Shown: positions 1 through 10,905 of the stretch, piece by piece
How positions within the stretch are numbered: position 1 is the first letter of the stretch
Layout: every line of letters begins with the position of its first letter
Assembly: GCA_000934665.2 (NCBI GenBank)
Contig: KZ539150.1
Span: 1-32,120 of the forward strand
Reading direction: 5' to 3'
Source: Catajapyx aquilonaris
Lineage: Eukaryota
Length of the DNA stretch: 32,120 nucleotides
The notes under the pieces: model-generated
Told to the model about the DNA's origin: nothing
The model's database searches: none
Seen by the model: only the letters and a program-made list of their open reading frames with translations
Position numbers and translations under genes: made by a program

Positions 1-145
1 ATTCCTAATTAATAATTTTTTAAACATCTGAACAAGAAGCAGCAATCTCCGCACGTTTTAGCATTTTAGCGTCTTTTCCAATAATTATATTATCAGCCCC
101 AACCTTAATATCCAATAATATCCCGACTTCTTGAAATTAACGAAT

Positions 146-420
146 TAGATTGAATAACGATTGAATCACGATTGAATCACGATTGAATTAATGATTGAAT
201 TTAATCACGATTGAATTAATGATTGGATTTAATCACGATTGAATCAATGATTGAATTGAATCACGATTGAATCAATGATTGAATTGAATCACGATTGATT
301 TAATGGTTGAACTGAATATAATGATTGAAATAAATAATGATTGAATCAACAATTAAATTGAATCAATAACGATTGAATTGAATCACGATTGAAATGAATC
401 GTGATTGAATTAAATCGTGA
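146..420. repeat. AT-rich minisatellite, about 10-15 bp degenerate unit (GATTGAATCAC / GATTGAATTAAT)
   Basis: Many copies of the GATTGAAT core. Flanked by direct repeat GACTTCTTGAAA(A)TTAA at 125-140 and 419-435. Confidence 0.9.
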
Positions 421-1619
421 CTTCTTGAAAATTAATATATTAATGCAGGTACATGACGACTTGCCATCAGGCTCGTAGTTCCTAAAATTCGACTACAATC
501 TGGCCCAATTCTTCGCCATTGTATCCGCCCATGAACAAGCTTCCTGTTTCACTTCTTTTGTGCCAAAACCTCGAGAAGAAAATTGACCTATTGGACAATG
601 CAAATTTCAGCCTGGAAACATTTCCTGCCCAGCATTATTATATCAGGTGGTGCGTAATTAACTGGAGAAGAGTACACTCGTCTTCTTTTTTTCCCCCATG
701 CCCCCCACAGTCTAGCTGGTTCAGATGCACTTGAACGAGGGGCCATTATGAGGTAGGATCGATTTTGAGGGGGCAAGTGTTCATGCACAGGGGCAAATTT
801 GCTCACTTTTGGGTCTGGCTCTCTTTCCACTTTTCCCGACCGCAGATAAAAAGAACCCGGAGAAGAGAGACGGCTAGAAAAAGATTTATTTTTTTCCCCT
901 CCATCCCCCCAAAAAAGTGGGCGGTAAATGGTGCACCCCACGTTGCACCAACCCCATCCTCCTCAGTTCTCCTTATTAAATTTAATAACCTGGGCACAAG
1001 CCCCGGAGTCGGCCGCAAATTAAAATCTCCGCGGGAAAAGGCCAGCATTAGCGGCCTTGGAGTGAGTGGGAGATGAGTGTGTGTGTGTGTGTGTAGCATC
1101 ACACATCGCGTAATACATGTGTACCAACTTGTGAGAGGGGGAAATGCCGTATTATGCAGTCTACTTTTGTGACGAGGATTAATTAAGAGGTTGGCTCTTC
1201 TCCCCACAGACCCCATGTGCGACATATTGCAAGCAAATAAGCAAAAGAGGGAGGGATGTTTCCCCCTCGCAAGTCTTTTGGGATAATGTGGCGATACATT
1301 ATCCTATTGGAGTGTACGTACAGCAACGTCTGTTCGTGATTTATGTTGGCACGTCGAGTAGTAGACACACGCGTGCGTTGCAGACAGCTTCATGCGGATC
1401 TGTTTTAATGGGCGGAACTGGGTTGTAAGCAGGCTTTTCAAATATCAGGGGGATCAAAAATTGCAAAAATTATTTTTGCTGCAAGTTTGTACGGATTGAT
1501 ATATAGATCAGAAGTTTTATGAACAATTTTCATAACAAATGTAAGCAATGTAAAGAGATAATACTAATACGGTATACTAATGTACAAGGTAATCATTAAA
1601 ACTAATATAATAAATAACA

Positions 1620-2290
1620 GTTTTATTAGTTCTATATTATTAGTTACACATTAGTTTATTATTAGTTATATTAGTTAATTATTAGTTATATTAGTTAATT
1701 ATTAGTTATGTTACATTATTAGTTATATATTAGTTATCCTATTAGTTATGTTACATTATTAGTTATGTTACATTATTAGTTATATTAGTTATACTATTAG
1801 TTATGCTATACTATTAGTTATATTATACTATTAGTTATGCTATACTATTAGTTATATATTAGTTATGCTATACTATTAGTTATATATTAGTTATGTTACA
1901 TAGTTATATATTCGTTATACTATTAGTTACCGGTATTCTATTAGTTATGTCATACTATTAGTTATGTTATACTATCAGTTATGTTATACTATTAGCTATG
2001 TTACATTATTAGTTATATTAGTTATATATTAGCTCCTCGTTATCCACTGGCAACCCTTTTTTGGGGGGAAACCCGCGAAGGATGATATATAATTGAGTTA
2101 TATAGTATTAGCATAATAATATTAGTAGTATAACTAATAATATATTGTATATTCGAATGTACCTTATATAATTGATATACTAATATACCTAATATAATGG
2201 CGCTAATATCATTTACAGTAATATACCTGTAATATACCTACTATAATGTAGCTATGTAAAATTTGTATGCTAACATGATATAACTAATAT
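1620..2290. repeat. AT-rich minisatellite (TATTAGTTATGTTA-like units) with inverted units in the distal part
   Basis: Dozens of TATTAGTTAT motifs at 1620-2030. Reverse-complement TAACTAATA motifs at about 2130 and 2281, after a short GC-richer spacer. Confidence 0.85.
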
Positions 2291-2309
2291 TTGTATATTA
2301 TATTTGCAG

Positions 2310-2353
2310 GATGTAATGGACAGAAGTCGTACAACTGCCAGGAAGTGCATGCG
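2310..2353 (+). other. Candidate 44-nt internal exon (unverified)
   Basis: TTTGCAG|G acceptor at 2309/2310, GCG|GTAAGT donor at 2353/2354, CTAAT branch-like motif at about 2284. Two frames are open (DVMDRSRTTARKCM or CNGQKSYNCQEVHA). No homology recognised. Confidence 0.3.
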
Positions 2354-3046
2354 GTAAGTACCATTGATTTTTTTTTACTGATGACGATTGATAAAGGGCA
2401 AAATTAATCGTAGAAAACTGGCCACGCAATCGCATGAATTGCGATATATTTCCAGCCGTTTTAAATTAATCCGCGCCTTCAGACCACCCGTCTTGCACTA
2501 ACCGCAATGATAGCAATCGATATCCGTAATTGATTAATATTCCAGTCGATTGCGGTGGACAGGTTTATGCAACATTCCTGTGCACTTGCATTATTTTTAA
2601 CAATAAGTGCTCCCCTGTTTATTTTGAGCGAGCTGTGAACACGGGGGGCGTTTATGAGGCCATTAGTCGCTTCCCACAAGTTTATCCTGAGATCTAGACT
2701 TCCCTTAGAACAAGAGAGGCACAAGGGTGGATCTGGATAGCCAGGATAAAACCCCGCCTGTTAAATGCTGCTGCACAGGCAACAAAAGCACGCCGTTAAG
2801 TCGTTTAGCAGCCGGTCCTTTAAGGACAATCACGTTCATTTTGAGGGGGGCGGTTTGCTGACCATCACGAACACGTCACGCTCCGTCACGCCTCAAAATA
2901 TGTCATTGTTTTTAAATTAATTGTTTTAATAACTAGTCGTTACAACAAGTTGGGAAGGAAATCAGTAGACCACATGATGCACGCTGATTCCTTCTGAGAT
3001 TCTGTGGTGCCACGACATGACGGATACGTTTTAATATACTATAAGA

Positions 3047-3195
3047 CTAGCAGCGGAACCCGTTCTTCTCACGACATGTAGTTTCCATGGTAATGCAATG
3101 AACAAAGATCAGTGTTTTTGAGAGAAAAAAAAAATCCCATGGAGACCGTTGCCATGAACAAGTAAACAAATTGTGCCTTCTCTATAATGTTAAAA
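3047..3195 (-). mobile_element. Non-autonomous Helitron, subfamily 2
   Basis: A|CTAGCAGCGGAACCCGTTCTTCTCACG is the reverse complement of the family 3' end (hairpin + CTAG|T). Interior matches the copy at 10906-11071. The 5' end is degraded. Confidence 0.7.
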
Positions 3196-4487
3196 TCATA
3201 TTCATGTTGTATGGTTATGCCTACTGATTGGTCCGCCGTATAGTATTACCGCGACGCTGCCAATAGCCCCGGGTTCTGCGCATGCGGCGCCGCGGTGGAG
3301 GCAGCGCCTCTGGTGCGTGGGATGAGGAACCATCATTTCGTTCACTGTCGGAATGAGGGTCTACATCGCTCCCTCCCCACCCAGTGAGCGAAGCGAGGGT
3401 TTTTCAAGTCATATTCAGAATTCAAGGGCCCTCTACACGCGTTGACTCATCACCAACGTGCATGTAGTACTACTTTCTCCCCGAGAGCGGCAGAAGTGTT
3501 GCAGGGGGACAGCCTATGCGGCAACTAGTAGTGACATATCGTACTATGTCCAAGTTTGAGTGGGAGAAGTGTTGCTAAAATTTGGCAACGTGTCCGCTAC
3601 ACTAATGTAAGAAGATTAAGTGATTTTGCACTACAGATTATCGCTGTCCGGATCATACCTACAGCAATTTTCCTAGCTTATGATCTTTTGAACGTGTTAA
3701 TTTGGCGAGAGTATGACAGCATCTGATTGCAGGTTCGCTATATAGAGGTGTGGAGGCAGGGGGAATGTTGGGAGAGAGTCGAGAGGAGGGGGAGAGGGGG
3801 GAAGCTCGGCGGCACATTTGGATTTGTTTAGGGGAATTGATGGGCGGTGGAGGTACAGCATGGTAGGTATAGTAGGTGGGTGGTTGGGAGGGGGTTGTTG
3901 GCTAGATGGGGGGAAATAGAGTTAGGGTAGAAGAGAGGGGAGGGGGGGGAACAAAAAAAAGGAGGGGGGGGGGGTTTCACACGACTAAAATCAATAGCGG
4001 ATGTGCAGGTTTGGAGCCTGTGGCTACTACCATGGGCTGAAATGTACATACATACATACAGATAGATCAGTACTTTTTTTTCTGAACTTTTCTGCAATGC
4101 ATATGTGCAAACTTGACAACGTGCCCTTGTGACTTGGTTTTTTTTGGCGACATTTTTTTTTTGTGTGTGTGTGTGTGTGTCTGCAAAGAATTCCTGAGCG
4201 TGCCTCCCACTCCTACTTGGCGGGTAAATAAAGCCCGTTTCCACCCGCCCACTCCACGTCGATCAAGTCGGCAATGTCAGGAGTCTTTTTTTATTTTTAT
4301 TTCAAGAGTAGAGAGGAAGCTCCTCCAGGGCATTGTTGGCGGATACAGTGCCTTTCAATAATGCAGTGCACACGGACTGAAAACCTGCACTGTATGAGCC
4401 CAATCTTTATGAATGGGGAAGAGGAAGATGACAAAAAAAAAGTACAATGCACTTTCCCGTCACAATGAAAAACAATAAATAAAACTA

Positions 4488-4606
4488 ACTGACGTCAATC
4501 AAAATTATCGAATTTTTTTTTAAGTACTGATCAACAATCTTTTAAACGTACTGATGTCACAACAGCATGACTACTTGTAAGAATAAATTGATTTGTGACG
4601 TCAGTT
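4488..4606. mobile_element. Degenerate inverted-repeat remnant (old MITE?)
   Basis: AACTGACGTCAATCAAAATTAT ... ATAAATTGATTTGTGACGTCAGTT form an imperfect inverted repeat. No clear TSD. Confidence 0.35.
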
Positions 4607-5363
4607 GCTATTCATACATTTTTAAAGCGGTTTTTTTCATGTTTAAACTTCGTAGGAAAAGCATTGTGAATTTTTCATGGCGTTTGTTGCCCCGCTTGTT
4701 ACAACACAGAGAGGCTCGGGGTTTTGCAATTTTATTCTGTGGGGGGTGGGAGAGGGGGGGGGGCAATATTTTGATAATATTATGTTGGGAGGAACACCCA
4801 TTGTTTTTGTTTATTCTACGGCCGCATTGTTACGTGCGAACGATTTTACGCGGATGTGACCGGCCGGTTTAATTTGGTGTGAAAATTCAGTTAGTCGCAA
4901 TAACATTTACCGGTTGCATTTTGTTGTCGCCCGGGCTTAAATTTTACCGCGTGATAAAATTTTGCAGTGTTTTTTTGTTCACACATATTTAAAAAAAAAT
5001 GAAAGTCATTAAACTCTATTGATAAAGTTACTATAGACCCGCTACAAAATGTAGTGACGCCTGCTGCACTAATTTTGCTTATAAAAATGACATTATTTTG
5101 CACTGTTTTAGCACAACTTTCTGACGCTGTTCTTTTCATTAGCTGTTGCTTAATATACAGTAAGTCAAATGTTGACTATAACATGTAAGGGTTAGAACAG
5201 TGTCAGAAATAAGCTAGGTGGACACTACTATTGGTTGCTGAAAATCTTAATTTACCAGTGACTCTTCTAGGCCAAAAAACTGATTGAAACACACTTTTCA
5301 TCTGCGATTGGCATTTATTGACATTAAGTCGCAAGAGTAGGAACCACTTGTTTTAAACATTAC

Positions 5364-5642
5364 ATAATTCATACCCCGTTGTCAGCCGGCGGTTCTTTAG
5401 GGGGGATTTTTTTTTTTACTGGAACTCTTCGTTTCGTTTTTACTGCGCTTTTTGGGATAGGATAGAAAAGGAAGGAGGCGGCTGTGGCCTATTAGTTTAG
5501 GAAAAAAACTCCGGAATTCTCTTGGAGGAACCGTGGGAAACCACAGAAAACCACGGTTAGAGTTGCCGGCACCGGGATTCGAACCCAAGACCTCCCGATT
5601 AGCAGTCGGATACCATATCCCCTCCGGCACCACTGCTTCGGT
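5364..5642 (-). mobile_element. tRNA-derived SINE, family 1
   Basis: Minus strand has an A-box-like TGGTGCCGGAGG, B box GGTTCGAATCC and anticodon-like arm TCCGA-CTGCTAA-TCGGG. Colinear with the copy at 26684-26968. Partial TSD AAACATTAC on both sides. Confidence 0.9.
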
Positions 5643-6420
5643 TAAAGGAAACATTACGAAACAATTGGATTATTCAAATCTTGTAAATGGATTGGAATTG
5701 TTTTATATATGTGAACAATTGTGACTCCTTGCAATGCAAATGCATTATTTACAATTTACATTGATTTTACCAGCCAAGGACAATTCATGGACAAAATTGA
5801 TGTAATGTGTCAAACTTTAACAGAGAGTTAGACCAACTTTTGACTCGAATTCCGACTCGTAGTGCTTGATATGTCTGGATTTTTTTTTCGCAAATTCCTA
5901 ATCAGTTTATAGTTGTTGTTGTTTTTTTTTTTTTTTTTGCAATATACTGTGTGGGCTGAATTTCATGGAAAGTTTTATTTCCAACCCTCGGGCGTTACTA
6001 TTTGGCTATTCCCTTTGGCGCTTCTACCCCCGTCCACTGCGCAGTTGCCACCTCTTCTAACAACCAAGNCCTCCTCCCATTCCCTCTCCCTCCCTCCCCC
6101 AACCCGTGGGAAAGGCTTGATGAGTTGCCTTCACGATTACCAACTGTTGGGACCGCCTCCAGCTTGTAGCTAGCGCCCCGGATTTTTCCCGGATTAGCAG
6201 GGATGCCTCTCGCCAAAATGGTCGGATGGAGCCTGGAAGGGCAGGCAGCAACGCCTCCATTCAATTAGGGGGGTTGGATGGGTGGGGTGAAAGAGAAAGA
6301 GGGGGAGGGGGGAGGAAAGAAGAGAGAGAAAAATTGGAGGGTGAAAAAGTAATGTCTTTTTTTGGTATGTCGAATCAGACCATGTGATTGGTTAAGGGAA
6401 GATATGGGAACTATGCGTCG

Positions 6421-7335
6421 GATCTACACTCTCTTCAGGTGGCACAGAATGGAGCCCAATGTTACAAAAGTTTATGAGCAATGAAAGACTGTGACGTGGT
6501 CCATTTGACTTTGTTTACTACAGGAAGAATTTCAGGCGCGATATCGCTGGTGGCCCAGCGATTTTAAGACCAGATTTCTCCCCATTATTCAACACAGTTC
6601 AGGTGGCATAGAATGGAGACCAGTGCTACAAAAGTTTAGGAGCAATGAAAGATTTTGCGACGTTGTCCATTTGTTTACTACAGGAAGAATTTCAGGCGCG
6701 ATATCGCTCGTCGCCCAGCGATTTTAAGCCCAGATTTCTCCCCAGCAATCTACACAGTTCAGGTGGCATGGAATGGAGTTCAACGTTACGAAAGTTGCTG
6801 GTTCAGAAAGTGACTCAGTGTCGTCCATTTATTATAAGAACCTGAACTAATTCGTGGCGCGATGTCGCTCGTCGCCTAGCGATTTTAAGCCCGGACTCTC
6901 CCGATCACATAATGGAGTCCAATGTTACAAAAGTTTGATCCAGCAAGTGAATCACTGTGGTCTATTTTACTCTATTAGGAAACCTGAACTACTTTCTGGC
7001 GCGATATTGCTCGTCGCCTAGCGATTTTAAGCCCGGACTCTCCCGATCACATAATGGAGTCCAATGTTACAAAAGTTTGATTCAGAAAGTGAATCAATGT
7101 GGTCTATTTTACTTTCTTTATTAGGAGAACCTGAACTGCTTTCTGGCGCGATATCGCTCCGGCGATTTCAAGCCTACAGATATCTCCCGATCAATCTACA
7201 CATTTCAGATGGCATAGAATGGAGACCAGTGCTACAAATGTTTATTTTTGTGAAGTGGTCCATTTGACCAGACTTTCAGGTGCGATATCGCTCGTCGATC
7301 CAGCGATTTTATGCCCAGATTCTCCTCCATCAATT
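6421..7335. repeat. Six-unit tandem satellite, 139-165 bp period
   Basis: Anchor AATGGAG at 6448, 6612, 6772, 6911, 7053, 7218. Each unit contains a variant of GGCGCGATATCGCTCGTCGCCCAGCGATTTTAAGCC. Confidence 0.92.
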
Positions 7336-8089
7336 GACAACTTTTCCCCATCCCTGTTCACACTCACACATGTCAATTGCGCGATGTATATCAGTCTCCC
7401 CCCAACCTCACAGGGGAGGTGTGTGTGACGATGTAATCTGAAGAGAGGGGCCGGATTTTGAGTGGGCGTTATTTCCAAGGCTTGGGCGTGCGGGATGACC
7501 TCATAAATCAGTGGGGTTGAGGGTGGGAGGTGCGACTTTTGGGCTGGTGTGTACTGTGGGTGAGGATACTGACAGTGGCGTGGCCGGGAGGGCGGGCAAC
7601 CCGAGCTCGTCCGAGTCCAGCCGAGAGAGAGAGAGAGGGAGAGAGAGAGAGGTTTCTATTGATCCTTTGAGCCTGGATGCTATGTGCTGGCTCCACCCAC
7701 TGTTCTCCTGCAACCCACATAAATCAGGCCCTAAAATATTCTATCTGTCGCGTCTCTCGCAGCCAACCCTCCCCACACACCCACGCTTGCCCCCCCTTCT
7801 CTCTCTTCATCAGCTCTTCCAATTACAGGCAGTGGCTGCGTCTCCAAGGTCCATTTGGAGGGTGAGCGCAAGGGGGAGGGGGGGGGGGGAGAAGAGTACT
7901 TTCCCCTACCAAAGCTAGTCGTAAAAGACCACTGGACACTGTATAATCTGGACTTGTTCGATCACTTGCCTTTCAATCACCAGGATGGATCATTTATCGC
8001 CCCCCCAAAAAGAGAGGGTGTGATCGCCCTATTTGGAGTAATTACACCGCGTAAGTAATGGAAAATGATTGTAAAATGATCGACATACA

Positions 8090-8402
8090 TCTTACACATA
8101 CAGAAAGTTTCTATGTTTGTTTCTCTATACCTCTCCTATGTATGTCCCACACTCCTACCTACCTAACCCACTTCCACAATTCTGAGAGAACGGAATCTTG
8201 GCACACCCGATGTCTTACGTGCCGCTGATTGAGGCAACAGTCCGAAAACCTCACATTTTTTTAGTCTACGAGCAAATGCCCAAAATTAATAATTTTTTTA
8301 AAACGAAGCTTGGTATTCATTTTCGACCATTTTAATCCCACCAAAGATGGCACTCCTACCCTCGCCTTATCAATCCCGTGCGAAGAACGGGTCTCCTGCT
8401 AG
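8090..8402 (+). mobile_element. Non-autonomous Helitron, subfamily 1 (complete, H1)
   Basis: Start A|TCTTACACATACAGAAAGTTT. End CCCGTGCGAAGAACGGGTCTCCTGCTAG|T (CCCGT/ACGGG hairpin then CTAG). No TSD. Homologous to 29487-29751 and 10703-10867. Confidence 0.85.
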
Positions 8403-8411
8403 TCTTACATA

Positions 8412-8619
8412 CAGGGTGGTCCAACATCAAGTGTCGTTTTATAACGGCTATTAATAAAAGCGCTTTACGATTGACGTAGCAGCGACGTGTAAAATTGCCC
8501 ACTTCGATGGCGCCGAAGATGCGCCGAAGTGGGACATTTTACTCGTCGCTGCTACGTCATCGCAAAATCACTGCTATTAATCGCCGTTATAAAACGACAC
8601 TTGATGTTGGACCACCCTG
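8412..8619. mobile_element. Palindromic MITE family A (Tc1/mariner-type ends)
   Basis: TA|CAGGGTGGTCCAACATCAAGTGTCGTTTTATAACGGC ... GCCGTTATAAAACGACACTTGATGTTGGACCACCCTG|TA. Second copy at 17859-18065. Confidence 0.93.
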
Positions 8620-8681
8620 TATATAAAGCAGAAAGTTTGTTGGTATGTTTTAATATACTGTATATTTGTATGACCCACCTA

Positions 8682-8874
8682 CGTTGTAAACAGCAAAGCA
8701 TTAAAAGAGAATAACTGGGTGAATCTCTCATGGAACATCAATTTTTAATGTTCTTCTTGTGATGCTTTGTTGTTGGCTAAAAAGCATCACAAGAGCATTA
8801 GCAGAGCATTAAAAATTGATGTTCCATGAGAGACTCACCAGTGATGCTCTTATATTGTTTTACGGTTTGCAGTG
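8682..8874. mobile_element. Palindromic MITE family D
   Basis: TA|CGTTGTAAAC ... GTTTGCAGTG|TA with long internal inverted arms. Homologous to 20181-20452. Excision restores Helitron CCTAACCCACT. Confidence 0.85.
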
Positions 8875-8962
8875 TAACCCACTTTCAGACTACCGGTACT
8901 GAGAGTGCTGAAACTTGGCATACCGATGGCTTATTTGTGACGCTGAAATCCGAAAACTTTTT

Positions 8963-9360
8963 GAAAGACTTTTCTTATTGAAAAAAAGCAAGTATTATAG
9001 AACGGCTCTGTCCGTCCGTATGTCTGTGGACAGGTATCAAGGGCCTAAACGATAAACCGCAAGAGATAGCAAAAAATTGTTTTCGGGTTCGTTTGTCGCT
9101 ATCTCTAGGGTTTTAGGCCCTGATTCGGATTAAGAGTGAACGAAAATCGGTTCAATGGTCAACTTCCGGTGACCCACCACTTCCGGTTTTCACTCTACTC
9201 GCCAAGGTCAATTTACAGGCAGATTACCGTTTAAATTGGGTACCTTGCCGACATAAAATGAGACTGACAACATTCTATGCGGTTGTTGTCCATCGTTTCG
9301 TGTCAGCCTCATTTCCCGCTTCCAAATGAGAAAAAAGTCTACTCGAATCCGGCTCGCGTA
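8963..9360 (+). mobile_element. DINE-1/HINE-like non-autonomous Helentron derivative (family E)
   Basis: Subterminal inverted repeats AGACTTTTCTTATTG / CAAATGAGAAAAAAGTCT, a (GTCC/GTCT) microsatellite near the 5' end and an imperfect 3' hairpin CTACTCGA..TCGCGTAG. Sits in a T tract. Homologous to 18456-18781. Confidence 0.7.
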
Positions 9361-10116
9361 GTCTAAATATCCAAAAAATTTCCTTCTTCCCAACTTCTAG
9401 TTACGATTTACAACGTTCGAGATTCGTCCAAAATTCCTTATCCAGAAATCTGGCCATTTTTGATCCCATATCTACCTTATGATGCCACAGGTATACATAA
9501 GAAAAGGGAAGGAAGCCATGCCTGAAAGTGGCGTTGGGGGGAGGGGGAGGGGGGCTATCGATTTTGCGAGTCAATTAAGTGGAGTATCGCTAAGCGGATA
9601 GTCAGATCGGCATGCAGTTTGTAAACTCCGAGGATCGTGTAATAGAGGGCGGAAGAGAAGCGTCGCCATCTGTCCGCAACTATGCGGAATATTCCCCGGG
9701 CCGAAGTTTTTTTTTCTTCTTCCCCCCGCGTGAATAAGATCGCTGATTGGCAAGGTGAATTTGGCAACGTGGTTTTGATGGCGATTGGTGTGGGAGGGGG
9801 CGACTCTCTCTACTTCCCCCACCTAGCCATCCAACCCACGACTAACTTCCTCTTCTTCCTGCATCTCCAAGGCTCAGATCAATAGGAAGCCGCCACATCC
9901 CCCCCTCTCTTCTCTCTCTCTCTCTACCCACCTCCACTCTCATCCTCTTCGTGTCACTTTCGGTAATTGGCCAACAAGAAGGAGGGAAGAAGGCGCAAGG
10001 AAACAACCCCTCTCCTCACACATCATACCAGATTTTTTTTTATCGGTTATAGCCCATGCGTAAAGTTTGATCACGCACTTTCTTGCCAAGAATCGCCTTT
10101 TCCAACAGAGCTGCTA

Positions 10117-10213
10117 CAGTGCTGGTGTCGTGCCACAAGCCGTTGGCGGCAAAAGAGCGAACCGACATGATTCTCTCTTTTTCCGCCATCAGCTCCTGGC
10201 GTCACCAGCACTG
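10117..10213. mobile_element. Miniature palindromic MITE, family F related
   Basis: TA|CAGTGCTGGTG ... CACCAGCACTG|TA. Inner arm GCCACAAGCCGTTGGCGGCAAAAGAGCGAA is shared with 24619-24823 and 29413-29835. Confidence 0.75.
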
Positions 10214-10702
10214 TACATGTGGAAAAAATCTATTAGTTCAATACATAATCGGACATTTTCTCTCTATTTTTTTCAGTTTCCGTGTAAATATAAGTCTTTT
10301 TTTTCATTCCTGGAAATGGGCCAGGTTGAGTTGTTGCCATCTGGTGATTTGGAGTCATTGCTCCGGACCATTGTAAACCTCCCCAGGCCACAAAATTTAT
10401 TCAGTCACCCAGCTTCATATTGGAAAGGGGGGGGGGGGGCTTGGGTGGGGTTATCTGGAAGTTAGTCAGCCAATTTCCAGTTCGATCCGGAACGTTCTGG
10501 AACGTGACGGACCGATCCGGACACACTTTGCTAAAAAAAAAGGGGGGGGGGGTTCTGTGGGAAATGTCAAGTGCATATACATGATTGTACGTATGACCAC
10601 AATTTTGTTGAAGGAAATGCACCTCTGATTGATAAATACAATAAATCTTGTCCACAGATGAGACACCAAACATCATGAAGACAAAAAAAAATCTAAATAT
10701 AT

Positions 10703-10867
10703 GATATTTAGACTCAAAAAAATCGCAGTTTTCGGATATTCCCTAAATCAGCGGCAAGTAAGACGTCAGTGTGCCAAGTTTCAGTACTCTCAGAACTCTG
10801 AAAGTGGGTTAGGTAGCCGTGACACATACATAAATACCAACAAACTTTCTGCTTTATATACGTAAGA
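10703..10867 (-). mobile_element. Helitron subfamily 1, 5' portion (3'-truncated, H3)
   Basis: Reverse complement reads A|TCTTACGTATATAAAGCAGAAAGTTTGTTGGTA...CCTAACCCACTTTCAGAGTTCTGAGAGTACTGAAACTTGGCACAC. No CTAG end found. Confidence 0.8.
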
Positions 10868-10905
10868 TTATATAAGCCTGAAATTTTCATCATCATTATT
10901 ATGGA

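Larger units (their letters stand above)
8403..9400 (+). mobile_element. Helitron subfamily 1 copy (H2) interrupted by three nested insertions
   Basis: Removing 8412-8619, 8682-8874 and 8963-9360 restores TCTTACATATATAAAGCAGAAAGTTTGTTGGTA...CCTAACCCACTTTCAGA...CCGAAAACTTTTTGAGTCTAAATATC, matching the uninterrupted minus-strand copy at 10703-10867. The 3' limit (CTAG at 9397-9400) is uncertain. Confidence 0.75.

Noticed and set aside
449..650. Exon after TAATGCAG|G acceptor
   Set aside because: All three frames hit stops within about 40 nt of the acceptor.
3750..3975. G-rich tract as a specific G-quadruplex element
   Set aside because: Comparable G/C runs occur throughout the window, so it is not distinctive.
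4360..4395. Hairpin ATGCAGTGCA...TGCACTGTAT
   Set aside because: Only a 10-bp stem, too short for a pre-miRNA and expected by chance.
6421..7335. CRISPR-like array (palindromic core repeated at regular spacing)
   Set aside because: Sequences between the cores are homologous to each other rather than unique spacers, periods are 139-165 bp, there are no cas genes, and the context is eukaryotic.
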